NCBI GenBank assembly: GCA_045046875.1
Contig: JASFYY010000010.1
Coordinates: forward strand, 9,258 to 73,257
DNA from: Verrucomicrobiota bacterium
GTDB taxonomy: Bacteria; Verrucomicrobiota; Verrucomicrobiia; Verrucomicrobiales; DEV007
Direction: 5' to 3'
DNA length: 64,000 nucleotides
The translations under genes were made by a program, and so were the position numbers. Positions 9,211 to 17,905 of this stretch are shown here, one piece after another. The notes beneath the pieces are model-generated. The model saw only the letters and a list, made by a program, of their open reading frames with translations, did no database searches and was not told the DNA's origin. Every line of letters starts with the position of its first letter. Position 1 is the stretch's first letter.

Positions 9211-10275
9211 ATGAAACTCAAAGGACTCTTTTGCAAAAAGGAAACAGGAATCTACTATTACCAGCCGCCCCAAAAGAAAGGCTATAGGGCGAGCATTATC
9301 TCCCTGCGGACAAAAGACAAGGACGAAGCCATCAAGAAATATCTGGAAGTCTCGCAGAATGCCCAATCGCTGATCAAGCCCGCCGCCCTCGCCTTCGAAG
9401 TCGAACGCTTTCACAAAGCTAAAACCAAATCCAAGCGCCACACTGCCGACTCGAGCAGGGGCTCCAAATACGTGCTCAAGCTGCTCATTGACCGCCTGGG
9501 TAAACGAAAGAACATCGCCAGCATAACTACCGCCGACCTCAAAAAATGGAAAGACGAACTCGACGCCAACGAACGCTCCAGCGCTACCATTCGCACCTAC
9601 TTTGGACGCCTCAGTTCGTTTTTTGCCTGGGCAATAAAGGAAGGCGTCTGCACTAGCAACCCCGTCAACGCTATCGAACTGCCAAAAACAATTGCGTCCA
9701 GATCTGAACGGTATTGCACCCGCGCTGAACGAGAAGCCCTGCTTGCTGCCTGTCCCGAAAAGCGAGACGATCTTGCCCTTATCTTGCACGTTGGTTTTTT
9801 TGCGGGCTTGAGAGTCAGCGAGATCATCGAGATGCGTCCCGATTGGATCGACCTGCAGTCCGGAACCCTGACCATCCAGAACACCCCCACGTTCACTACC
9901 AAAGACAAGCGCCACCGTATCATCCGCATGTCCCCCAGGCTCACCACATTCCTTACCGAATACGGGATGAGAGAACCTTTCATGCTGCGCCCCGACAAAA
10001 AACATGGGCAGAAAATCACCCATCACAAAGACAAAAAAACCACCGCTTGGAGATATCGATATGATCCGCGCCGCCCCTTCAAAAAACTCGCTGTCCAATG
10101 CGATCTGCCTTGGGTAAGCTTCCACACTATGCGACACACTTTCGCTACGCTCCACGCCCTCGCGGGAACCCCCCTCACCACCATCGCTCGCGAAATGGGC
10201 GATGATGAGCGCACTACTTACCACAACTACGTGGGACACAGCCGCCACAGCGAACACGCCGCCGCTATCGATTAG
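9211..10275 (+). CDS. int: Tyrosine recombinase (phage integrase)
   Basis: AGLRVSE (R), TKDKR (K), FHTMRH (HxxR), TYHNY (Y); adjacent to att. Confidence 0.95.
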   Translation: MKLKGLFCKKETGIYYYQPPQKKGYRASIISLRTKDKDEAIKKYLEVSQNAQSLIKPAALAFEVERFHKAKTKSKRHTADSSRGSKYVLKLLIDRLGKRKNIASITTADLKKWKDELDANERSSATIRTYFGRLSSFFAWAIKEGVCTSNPVNAIELPKTIASRSERYCTRAEREALLAACPEKRDDLALILHVGFFAGLRVSEIIEMRPDWIDLQSGTLTIQNTPTFTTKDKRHRIIRMSPRLTTFLTEYGMREPFMLRPDKKHGQKITHHKDKKTTAWRYRYDPRRPFKKLAVQCDLPWVSFHTMRHTFATLHALAGTPLTTIAREMGDDERTTYHNYVGHSRHSEHAAAID

Positions 10276-10298
10276 GTTGTGATACTGTTTTTGTAAAT

Positions 10299-10580
10299 TC
10301 ATAAATATTTCCAAGGGTCAAATACAAGAGTTACTGTGCCCGACTGATCTTTGGCATCCTGCTCTTTTCTGTATTCCTGCAATCTAGCAACACTCACAAA
10401 ACCAGTGTTATTGCACAGAAAACAAAAGCAGTGTGATTTATGCTCGCCGTTCGGGCACTCAACCTCACAATCAGAATAATCCGGTAATGCCAACTTCTTT
10501 ATTTCCTCCAATAACTCATGCGCCTTAGTGCTTGGCCGCTCGCCCTGTAAAACGATTATATGTTCAAATTTTTCGCTCAT
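10299..10580 (-). CDS. Phage hypothetical protein with Cys/Zn motif
   Basis: CPNG...CFLCNNTG; last gene of early operon. Confidence 0.6.
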   Translation of the reverse strand: MSEKFEHIIVLQGERPSTKAHELLEEIKKLALPDYSDCEVECPNGEHKSHCFCFLCNNTGFVSVARLQEYRKEQDAKDQSGTVTLVFDPWKYL

Positions 10581-10947
10581 GGTCGCTGGACTCCTTTCCT
10601 CTTTCCTCAGCTAACATTTCGTCATGCACATCCAAGAGTATCTCAAAGCACTTCCAATATACCATTGGAGTCCCCGCCTCTAATGACCTCAGCATTTTTT
10701 GCAGCAAGGCAACTGTCCGGGGTGCGTGAGCAGGAGAACTACCCGCCAAACCAGGCTTGCGATACAAAAGGTGACGCTGTTCAATTACCTCCATCAAACC
10801 TCTCGCTTCCTCAATCTCTTCGTCACTTGGCAAAGACCCAGATGCAGCCATCCTCTGCAATCTAGTCAGCACCACCCTCGCCCCCGATGGAACAGCTTTA
10901 GGCGTTGGAGGTATTTGTAAAGGCTTAGGAATAGAACTTTTGCTCAT
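10564..10947 (-). CDS. Phage hypothetical protein
   Basis: Overlap-coupled ORF in early operon. Confidence 0.6.
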   Translation of the reverse strand: MSKSSIPKPLQIPPTPKAVPSGARVVLTRLQRMAASGSLPSDEEIEEARGLMEVIEQRHLLYRKPGLAGSSPAHAPRTVALLQKMLRSLEAGTPMVYWKCFEILLDVHDEMLAEERGKESSDHERKI

Positions 10948-11708
10948 GAACCCTGCCTCCCCTCTCTGCGAGTTAATGCTTCAAAACCAGTCAAGACACT
11001 TGCAAAGCACCGCGGACACGCAATGCACTGCTCTTCGCTATTTGGAGATACGTCTACCCCTGCGGCAGCGCCCTCAGCAAAACTATGCCCACATTCATTA
11101 CATTCCCAAACCACACTGTTAGAACACGCCTGTTCTAACACCCTAGCTATACTGCTATCAGGATGATTTATTTTGCCTCTCACCGGATGCCACCCAAACG
11201 ATTTACAAAGGTCTCTGACTTTCCTAGTCTTGAACCCCTCGTCAATAAACACATCCACTACTTTATTTTCGACCTGTATCTTACGGATCCCCCCCGCCGA
11301 TACCACAAAACCTCTCTTTACCACACACCCCATATCCCACACCACATATTCATAACCTTCATTCTGAACACCCACCAAAAGCATCCTCAACGGGTATATC
11401 CCGAAACTAGACACCAAATCCTTACTTACCCCTTTAGCCTCTTCCATTTTTCGCCCCATCCACCCCAGCTCAGCAGAACAATCAATCACACCTACAACAG
11501 ATTTTTCCGCCCACCCCAAAACCGAAAGAGGCTCAGCAGCAGGTAAACCACGCTTGAGGATCTCCTTCTTCACCCACTCTGCAAAATCCCTCACCACTTG
11601 CGGCGAACAATTCTCTAAAGGCGTTTCATGCCCACCCTCCAAACGGATCGATCTCGGGACCTGCGAAGGGCACGCCTTCATTTTTATATTTATTGTATGT
11701 TTACTCAT
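10944..11708 (-). CDS. Phage protein with degenerate terminase-gpA nuclease-like segment and C-terminal Zn ribbon
   Basis: VFIDEGFKTRKVRDLC..WHPVRG resembles this phage's TerL GLIDEGFDTFVVRNFC..FYPARG; CNEC/CPRC. Confidence 0.6.
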   Translation of the reverse strand: MSKHTINIKMKACPSQVPRSIRLEGGHETPLENCSPQVVRDFAEWVKKEILKRGLPAAEPLSVLGWAEKSVVGVIDCSAELGWMGRKMEEAKGVSKDLVSSFGIYPLRMLLVGVQNEGYEYVVWDMGCVVKRGFVVSAGGIRKIQVENKVVDVFIDEGFKTRKVRDLCKSFGWHPVRGKINHPDSSIARVLEQACSNSVVWECNECGHSFAEGAAAGVDVSPNSEEQCIACPRCFASVLTGFEALTRREGRQGS

Positions 11709-11959
11709 TTCACCACCCCCTCTCTCTCAATAACAAATCCGCCATCCCTCTCTAACGCCCGCATGTAACCATCCTGCCCAATGCGAGTCACCCGCGTTTT
11801 TGCATTTACCCGCATGCCGTGATTTTTTGCCGTCAGCAGCGCATGATCCTCATCCCGTGCTCTAATATTTCGAAAATTGCGCCTGCCATCCGGAGAATTA
11901 GCAATCGAAAAATAGTCCCACTTAGGGTAAGTCATATCCATGTTCACTTGTTCACTCAT
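11705..11959 (-). CDS. Phage hypothetical protein
   Basis: ATGA-coupled ORF. Confidence 0.6.
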   Translation of the reverse strand: MSEQVNMDMTYPKWDYFSIANSPDGRRNFRNIRARDEDHALLTAKNHGMRVNAKTRVTRIGQDGYMRALERDGGFVIEREGVVK

Positions 11960-12171
11960 TTCACCATCCCCCCATCTGCTTCTGCTAACCTCAATGCCCG
12001 CTCCACCGCTTCGACCGTGTAGATTGTATCCTTGCCATTCGCCCTCACCGGCTTTAGCTCATACCGTTCCCTCAGCTCATCGAACAGCATTGTCTTGCCC
12101 CCGAGGGACTCCAGTACCTCCGCTTTGCTTAGCGTAAAACGCCTGATCGCTTTTATTTCTAAAAAATCCAT
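11956..12171 (-). CDS. Putative excisionase (winged HTH)
   Basis: 71 aa; LSKAEVLESLG...LKPVRANGKDTIYTVEAVE Xis-like pattern. Confidence 0.5.
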   Translation of the reverse strand: MDFLEIKAIRRFTLSKAEVLESLGGKTMLFDELRERYELKPVRANGKDTIYTVEAVERALRLAEADGGMVK

Positions 12172-12449
12172 TATCCCAGAATAGTTAAAAGTTCACACAC
12201 ACCCACCACTGGAATCGCTAAGGCCAGGAGCACCACCGCCATCCCCTCGACCACCTCCTGACTTTGCGTCTTCGCCACCCTTTCTCGGCACCAGGTGATT
12301 TTGAAATCCTCGCCCACCTTTAGGATGTTGGACTTTCTCAGCAGCTTCTCCACCTTATTACAGGCAGCCACCTCATTAGCCTGATTCTCCACCCCTATCT
12401 GGCAGCGTCCACCATCGCCCAATTTTATATCTATCAAATAATCCTTCAT
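12171..12449 (-). CDS. Phage hypothetical protein with C-terminal TM segment
   Basis: ATG 12449 overlaps the upstream stop (ATGA). Confidence 0.55.
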   Translation of the reverse strand: MKDYLIDIKLGDGGRCQIGVENQANEVAACNKVEKLLRKSNILKVGEDFKITWCRERVAKTQSQEVVEGMAVVLLALAIPVVGVCELLTILG

Positions 12450-13324
12450 GATTTCAATGCTTTTATTGATGATTTTGCCACCAGTCGCCACTCATGACAT
12501 CGGTTCCGCTTACGCACCTCGATCGCATAGCGCACATCCCCATCTTGAGATTCCCACTCAGCATCCCGATAGACACCCAGTAAGCGCCCTATTCTCGAGT
12601 AACTGGCAAACCTGGTGCAATCGTCACCCCATACATACTCAAGGTGCCCACTTTCGCGGGCGATGTGGATCAGCTCAGCAGCCCTGATCCACTGCCCATT
12701 GTGATTCTCATGCAGATACAGCAAGAAATCTACCAACTCAGGCCACTTCGATTTGAAAAACTTCGAGCACACCACACCAGCCACCTGACTGATCGAGGGC
12801 ACCTCCCTTTTTTGAGTCGCATCCCTCACCAGAGCAGCCGCCTCGCCACGGACATTGACCACCGATGACGGCCAGAGAAGATCAGGCCCGGCAGCTTTAG
12901 CTATTTTGATCAAATCCATTGCGCTAGTTGCGATATTAACCCCGTTAGCGAGAGCCACTGCAGCGAGAGTGTCTGTTGTAGGCAGCGCCACCGGAATTTG
13001 GTATTTGCCTGTTTTACGAATAGATGGCAGGACTTCAGAAGTGACCCACTTTTTAAAAGTTTTCGCCTCAGCCTTTCTTGATCTAAGAATCAAAGAATAT
13101 AAGCCAGACTCAGAGATAACATTGCGACTAGGCCCACCAAGAGCACCGTCGGTATTACCGACGGTGCTCTTTTCATCCTCATCTAGTGAAACAATAGCAT
13201 CCCGAGGGTTCTTTATATTGAGAGCATCGCAAATATCCTTCGCCACAAACCACGGCTCCCCATCTTGATCAACAATCCGGATATCTCCGAAAAGCTCATG
13301 GCCGAATAATTGAACAGGATTCAC
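12446..13324 (-). CDS. BRO-N domain protein (antirepressor-like)
   Basis: IRIVDQDGEPWFVAKDICDAL, ISESGLYSLILRSRKAEAKTFKKWVTSEVLPSIRKTGKY. Confidence 0.9.
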   Translation of the reverse strand: MNPVQLFGHELFGDIRIVDQDGEPWFVAKDICDALNIKNPRDAIVSLDEDEKSTVGNTDGALGGPSRNVISESGLYSLILRSRKAEAKTFKKWVTSEVLPSIRKTGKYQIPVALPTTDTLAAVALANGVNIATSAMDLIKIAKAAGPDLLWPSSVVNVRGEAAALVRDATQKREVPSISQVAGVVCSKFFKSKWPELVDFLLYLHENHNGQWIRAAELIHIARESGHLEYVWGDDCTRFASYSRIGRLLGVYRDAEWESQDGDVRYAIEVRKRNRCHEWRLVAKSSIKALKS

Positions 13325-13833
13325 GCTGCTACCTCCTCACTATTTTTCTTGCCAGCCACATCCACACCAGTGTTAGCTGGCCGTGAACTTTCCAAATACA
13401 CCGAACAGCCATCATGAAACCATCTTTCGAACGATTCCCACATACAGACCAGTCCTACGCAATCAATGACGACAGTGAGGCTCAGTCCATCATGGCCGAG
13501 CTTGGCGTTCTGGACGGCATATCTAAAAAGGTCGGATTTGCCAACACCAATGCCATGATAGCAGTAAGTTCGCATCATTGGTGCCTGTGCCTCCGCGTTT
13601 GGGACAACCCTGATCCTGATGAGAACGGATTCGCCATCCGAGCCGAGCCCAAGGAACTCGTCGACAGACTTTCTATGGAAGCTCTCCTGCAGCGCTTTCT
13701 CAAGGGGAGTAGCGAGATAAGAGTCAATATTGTGGAGAATGAGCCACGACCTTGAGCGATCCAGTTCAAGGAGCTCTCGCAACTCATCAGGCGCAGAATC
13801 CGGTTGGGGTATTATTTTATCACCTCTTTTCAT
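13321..13833 (-). CDS. Phage hypothetical protein (hosts a nested antisense ORF)
   Basis: Coupled at both ends (ATGA and GTGA overlaps). Confidence 0.4.
   Translation of the reverse strand: MKRGDKIIPQPDSAPDELRELLELDRSRSWLILHNIDSYLATPLEKALQESFHRKSVDEFLGLGSDGESVLIRIRVVPNAEAQAPMMRTYCYHGIGVGKSDLFRYAVQNAKLGHDGLSLTVVIDCVGLVCMWESFERWFHDGCSVYLESSRPANTGVDVAGKKNSEEVAA
13414..13755 (+). CDS. Hypothetical protein, antisense within the early operon
   Basis: ATG start; globular-looking 113-aa sequence. Confidence 0.5.
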   Translation: MKPSFERFPHTDQSYAINDDSEAQSIMAELGVLDGISKKVGFANTNAMIAVSSHHWCLCLRVWDNPDPDENGFAIRAEPKELVDRLSMEALLQRFLKGSSEIRVNIVENEPRP

Positions 13834-13982
13834 GCCGCTTCCTTTTTAATTTTCTTTACCGATTCGTTAAGCAGCCGAATCGCCGCCTCTGAGGGTGAGC
13901 AACACCATTCCTGTGCTCGAAGGAGAATTAATGACAAAACCTCCTTTGTGTATTTGCTAGGATCAAACTCGATTGCATTCAT
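13830..13982 (-). CDS. Small Cro-position protein, possibly ribbon-helix-helix
   Basis: MNAIEFDPSKYTKEVLSLILLRAQEWCCSPSEAAIRLLNE; first gene divergent from the repressor. Confidence 0.55.
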   Translation of the reverse strand: MNAIEFDPSKYTKEVLSLILLRAQEWCCSPSEAAIRLLNESVKKIKKEAA

Positions 13983-13988
13983 AATTAT

Positions 13989-14073
13989 TGACATTATCTG
14001 ACTAATAGTCAAAACGTCAACAGGAAAATGTTTTTTTATTTGTTTTTTTTGATATTTAGTCAATAATAGTCAT
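13989..14073. promoter_or_regulatory. Divergent immunity promoters/operators
   Basis: TGACTAATAGTCA dyad 13999-14011 plus degenerate copies at 13989, 14050, 14060; leftward TTGACG-N16-GATAAT; rightward AATAAT 6 nt before the repressor ATG. Confidence 0.6.
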
Positions 14074-14469
14074 ATGGACGAGATTTCCCTTAAATTTAAA
14101 AAATGGCTAGATGATAGAAATCTAAAAGCTAATGACATCTGCGAAGATTTGAAAATTAGCGCAGGAACCCTTACTCAATGGAGATCTCGCGGCGTCCCAT
14201 TACGAAAACAACCTTATATTGTCAGACTTATGCAGAGGTGGCATGACCACCAAATCGAAGCACTCCGAACCAACGGTTCAATGACACTCGAAGTCGACAT
14301 GGACACCTTCAATGCGTGGAATCAAGCGGCGTTAGAGGACGGCAAGATCATTAGCGACTGGGCAATCGATCAACTCACAGCCGCCGCCGCCGCAGATCCA
14401 GAAATCCAACGGCTCGCAGCAGAAGATCCAAGTATCTATAAAACCAAAGGCGAGCCCCGCTCAGCTTAG
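14074..14469 (+). CDS. Prophage repressor (XRE HTH plus RHH-like C-domain, no S24 peptidase)
   Basis: KANDICEDLKISAGTLTQWRSRG HTH; divergent position. Confidence 0.75.
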   Translation: MDEISLKFKKWLDDRNLKANDICEDLKISAGTLTQWRSRGVPLRKQPYIVRLMQRWHDHQIEALRTNGSMTLEVDMDTFNAWNQAALEDGKIISDWAIDQLTAAAAADPEIQRLAAEDPSIYKTKGEPRSA

Positions 14470-14519
14470 CCACTACACCTGCCAACATCATCAACGGACC
14501 ATGGCAAAAAGGATTTTAA

Positions 14520-15125
14520 TCACCATTTAATCCTGTAGCGTTTATAAAGATCCACCTTCTTTTCCCCCTTACACTGCCCACACATCCGGCTAGGCTTCCC
14601 AACTCCGCCTCCATGCCTCCCTCGCCCACCGCAGCTTGGACAAGTCTTTTTCCCTACACGTAGAGGAATAACCATCTCAGCTCCCGCTTTCAAGCCTTGG
14701 ATAAATGCCCGCTTGCTCAGTCTTACTATTGGCGGATCCACTAGCAACACCCCCACTGTTGCCTTTCCTCCAAGCACAGTTGTGTATTCATACACCTCAT
14801 CCGAGATTTTCACTGCCAGCTTCACCACTGTATCATCCGTTAATCGTTTGCCAGGTATCTTCACCGCCCACGTTTTATCTTTCCCCCTTACTAAATAAAG
14901 ATTGCCCTCCACATGCGAAACCACCTCCACAGAATATTTCTGCACTTGTTCCTGTCGAGTAATTTCATCTACATCCGCCACCGCCTGGTAAACTCTCTCA
15001 AATTTATCCGACGAAAAATCCATTTTCCTCACAGGATAATCTACAGGATCCTGTGCCTTTAGAGACGCGACAACGAAAAAACATAAGCAAAAAACAAACT
15101 CAGCTAAAGGAATATCCACTTTCAT
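14520..15125 (-). CDS. Exported/membrane-anchored protein with DnaJ-type CxxCxGxG zinc finger (moron)
   Basis: Signal-like N-terminus; CPSCGGRG and CGQCKGE; upstream TTGATT-N17-TAGGGT. Confidence 0.6.
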   Translation of the reverse strand: MKVDIPLAEFVFCLCFFVVASLKAQDPVDYPVRKMDFSSDKFERVYQAVADVDEITRQEQVQKYSVEVVSHVEGNLYLVRGKDKTWAVKIPGKRLTDDTVVKLAVKISDEVYEYTTVLGGKATVGVLLVDPPIVRLSKRAFIQGLKAGAEMVIPLRVGKKTCPSCGGRGRHGGGVGKPSRMCGQCKGEKKVDLYKRYRIKW

Positions 15126-15181
15126 CCCCACACCCTAAGCACCTAACCCAAGGAAATCAATTGCATTTTAATCCCCTTCCC

Positions 15182-15661
15182 CTAAGCCACTAACCCCCGC
15201 TCCCGCAGTCGATCCAACGCACCTCCACCCATCGGAGCTGTCGCCAGATCGTATTTCAGCCGCCCCCGCCGCCACAGAAAAAAGTTACACCTCTTGAAAA
15301 AAGCATCATGCCCCGGCATATCTCTCCAAGTTTTGCCCCGCCAGACCTCATTCCAGCCCACCACCGGCAGGTGCCTAGTCACCTGTTCCAACGGCAACTC
15401 CTCCAACGGATGCTTCACCCGCCTCTTCGTGACCACTCCATCCGTTACTACCGAGCCCACCACCACTCGCCTATATTCATACCGGCCATTGCCCGCATCC
15501 CGTCGGGTGAACAATTCACCCCGCCGCCGTAACGTCTTGATAGACGATACCACCGCCGAAGTCGCATCCCCCGTCAACTCGCGCAACTCAGCCATCGCGT
15601 ACCAATGCCCAAACGCCATGCACCCCTTTATTCTATCCCTAACCAACGCCCCATCTTTCAT
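15182..15661 (-). CDS. Phage protein with N-terminal winged HTH
   Basis: WYAMAELRELTG..VVSSIKTLRRRG..GRYEYR. Confidence 0.55.
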   Translation of the reverse strand: MKDGALVRDRIKGCMAFGHWYAMAELRELTGDATSAVVSSIKTLRRRGELFTRRDAGNGRYEYRRVVVGSVVTDGVVTKRRVKHPLEELPLEQVTRHLPVVGWNEVWRGKTWRDMPGHDAFFKRCNFFLWRRGRLKYDLATAPMGGGALDRLRERGLVA

Positions 15662-15894
15662 TCTTGCTCCCGCCGCCTGCTCAGCGCATCGATATGATTT
15701 TGCTGCATGCTCACGATCTGACCGTGTAATTCCTTACGATCCGCCTGGCATTCCTGGCTCGCCCGCTCCAGCGCCTCGATCCTCACATCCTGCTGCTGGA
15801 GAATCTTTTTAATTAGCACCCAAATAATCAGCAGCATGAACCCCGCCGTAGTGCCCTGCTCAAGAAAATACTTTAAAATCTGATCGTTACCCAT
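15658..15894 (-). CDS. Small TM plus coiled-coil lysis-cassette protein (holin-like)
   Basis: One TM segment then a coiled coil; directly downstream of the endolysin. Confidence 0.55.
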   Translation of the reverse strand: MGNDQILKYFLEQGTTAGFMLLIIWVLIKKILQQQDVRIEALERASQECQADRKELHGQIVSMQQNHIDALSRRREQE

Positions 15895-15915
15895 AGCCAA
15901 GAAGGTTGATTCTAC

Positions 15916-16665
15916 TTACACCCCCATTCGCCGAATATTACTCGGCAAACCTACCCGCGCATAATAACTATTGCTATTCAGATAAGGAATCGCCGCTTGG
16001 AAGTGCATCGCGTCGAAATACTGCCCAGGATACTTGCTATTCTCAAACTCACCTGGCCAACCCCAAGCACGTGGACCCCACAGGAAACCATGACGCTCCA
16101 TGATCTCCACCCCCTCAATTGAGAATCCACATTCCCGCGTCCGCAACCCGGATCCCCATGCAGTCAGATCAATCGCAGCACCCCACGAATGAATACTGTA
16201 GCTCCTACCCTCCCGTTTGCGTCGATAATTGAAACACCCCGCATACACATTCCAACCCTCAGCAAAAAAGCGCTCCTCGCCCAAAGAAGCCCACAGCTCA
16301 GCAAACGCAGCCTCCATCCTCGGCACCAGCAGTTTGTGGCACTTATGGTCATCGAATACATCGCCCGTATGATCCGACAGCCCCGCACCATCCCGTTCAT
16401 AGAGCACCATTCTGCTCGTTGGAAAGTTAAACCAACCCAAATAGTTCGGATCCCTCTTCGGCTCGCCATACACAGCGATCACCTGCCCCCGCACCGCCTC
16501 ATCCGGCAGGAAGATCACCTCAGCCTCCGCCAGACCTACCTTCTCGGCAGGACCAGCTTCCTGCGGCTTCTCGATCAGCAGTTGCTTTTTCATCGCCGCA
16601 TCAAGAAAATGATCCGCTTTATACAAACAATCCATCACAGACAAATCTTTAATTTTTGTTTTCAT
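15916..16665 (-). CDS. Endolysin, M15 family Zn peptidase
   Basis: GCFNYR...SIHSWGAAID...DAMHFQ motifs. Confidence 0.85.
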   Translation of the reverse strand: MKTKIKDLSVMDCLYKADHFLDAAMKKQLLIEKPQEAGPAEKVGLAEAEVIFLPDEAVRGQVIAVYGEPKRDPNYLGWFNFPTSRMVLYERDGAGLSDHTGDVFDDHKCHKLLVPRMEAAFAELWASLGEERFFAEGWNVYAGCFNYRRKREGRSYSIHSWGAAIDLTAWGSGLRTRECGFSIEGVEIMERHGFLWGPRAWGWPGEFENSKYPGQYFDAMHFQAAIPYLNSNSYYARVGLPSNIRRMGV

Positions 16666-17064
16666 AATTGCTCCAAAGTGTCCCATCCATCAGGTATCAA
16701 AATATCATCTAACCAAGATCTTCGATTCGTCCGCACCATCACCGTCCGCCGATCCTGCAGCGTCCACAGCCCCGGCAACGCCGCCTCCGGATTCACCCGC
16801 GCCCGCTCGCGCCATACAGCCCGGAGTCTCACCTCCCGCCGCAGATCGCACTCCAGCATCACCCTCCCCACCATCAGCGGCAGCATAGAACTCACGCTCA
16901 AAATCAGCGCGAGCTGCATCCACCCCGTCCGGCACACTTGCCGAGCACCACGCCGCCCACACAGCCAGCGTCGCAAAGAGCGCCAGCACCGAGATGGCCA
17001 GCGCACCAGAGACCAACACGCACAGCAGAGGCGTGCTATCAGCTTCGATAGGATCACTCCACAT
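16662..17064 (-). pseudogene. Two-TM membrane protein gene split by a +1 frameshift near 16923-16926
   Basis: 5' frame coupled to the holin, 3' frame ATGA-coupled to the endolysin; frames join at a GGGG run. Confidence 0.45.
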
Positions 17065-17686
17065 TTTTTGCAGGCGGGTAAGAGCTTGTCATCATAGGAG
17101 TGATTTGAGGCAACTTGCTGGAGATCGGAGTCACCGGGTAAACCTTGATCCCGACTCCGTAACCGGGCGGGAGAGTCACCTCTGCGATACCGCCACCACC
17201 GTCCGTCCCAATCCGGCCAGACAGACCTTTGAATACGGAGCCGATTTGTTGCCCCGCTGGCGTGCTGCAACTCGCAAGCGTAAAGGCCGCCGCCGCCATC
17301 AAAAAAATCGGTAGCACGTTATTGACCCCAGAAATATCGAAGCCGCCTTTGGGACGTGCTTTACTCGATTGGCTGGACACGTTGGCATCACGGCTGAAAA
17401 ATCCATTAACACCAGACATTGCCAAAATCAACGCAACAAGGTTTTGTAAAGCTTCACCCCCTTCCGCCGATATTTCATCGCCCCCGAGATGTCCAGTGAA
17501 TACGCCGATAGCCGCCGCTATTTGAGAAATCCCCGCCGTAGTGGTTTTCCAATTGCGGAGATTTGCGAATAGTAATTTGTATAGATAATTGAATAGTAGT
17601 TTCATAACGAATCCCGGTTTGTTGCTGTTCCGGTTTCGTCGTAGTTCACGCATACGCTTGAGCTGTCTGTTTGCATCACCGGCCAT
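17054..17686 (-). CDS. Holin-like protein with C-terminal lipobox-like segment
   Basis: NWKTTTAGI..2 TM..FFSRD, then LMAAAAFTLASC. Confidence 0.6.
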   Translation of the reverse strand: MAGDANRQLKRMRELRRNRNSNKPGFVMKLLFNYLYKLLFANLRNWKTTTAGISQIAAAIGVFTGHLGGDEISAEGGEALQNLVALILAMSGVNGFFSRDANVSSQSSKARPKGGFDISGVNNVLPIFLMAAAAFTLASCSTPAGQQIGSVFKGLSGRIGTDGGGGIAEVTLPPGYGVGIKVYPVTPISSKLPQITPMMTSSYPPAKNVE

Positions 17687-17704
17687 CGTAGAAATGGACG
17701 TGTC

Positions 17705-17735
17705 AAAAAACGGTGGTCAGAAAGTAGGCCACCGT
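17705..17735 (-). terminator. Intrinsic terminator
   Basis: ACGGTGG..CCACCGT hairpin plus T-run. Confidence 0.6.
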
Positions 17736-17783
17736 GAATTCGGGGCAACATTCTAAAAAAGCTCTCATCCCAGACATCTGGAT

Positions 17784-17837
17784 AAAAAAATGCCCGCACC
17801 AGAGCAACTTTCTCCCGAAATTGCTACCGATGCGGAC
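17784..17837 (-). terminator. Long hairpin plus T7 tract downstream of the sulfotransferase
   Basis: GTCCGCATCGG..AGCAATTTC GGGA GAAAGTTGCT..CTGGTGCGGGC ATTTTTTT. Confidence 0.6.
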
Positions 17838-17905
17838 TTTTCCATTGGGGTGGGAATATAAAAAAGCAACAAAACTAACTAGATCAACTGTTTTGTTTAA
17901 CTTTT

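Noticed and set aside
8917..10314. 465-aa minus-strand ORF
   Set aside because: Antisense to the integrase, crosses the att site, and has no recognisable motifs
13983..14063. N-terminal extension of the Cro-position ORF from TTG 14063
   Set aside because: Runs through the AT-rich operator/promoter region; ATG 13982 is more plausible
15895..15914. Possible late-motif instance before the small lysis gene
   Set aside because: Hexamer at N14 is TAGAAT, only a 3/6 match
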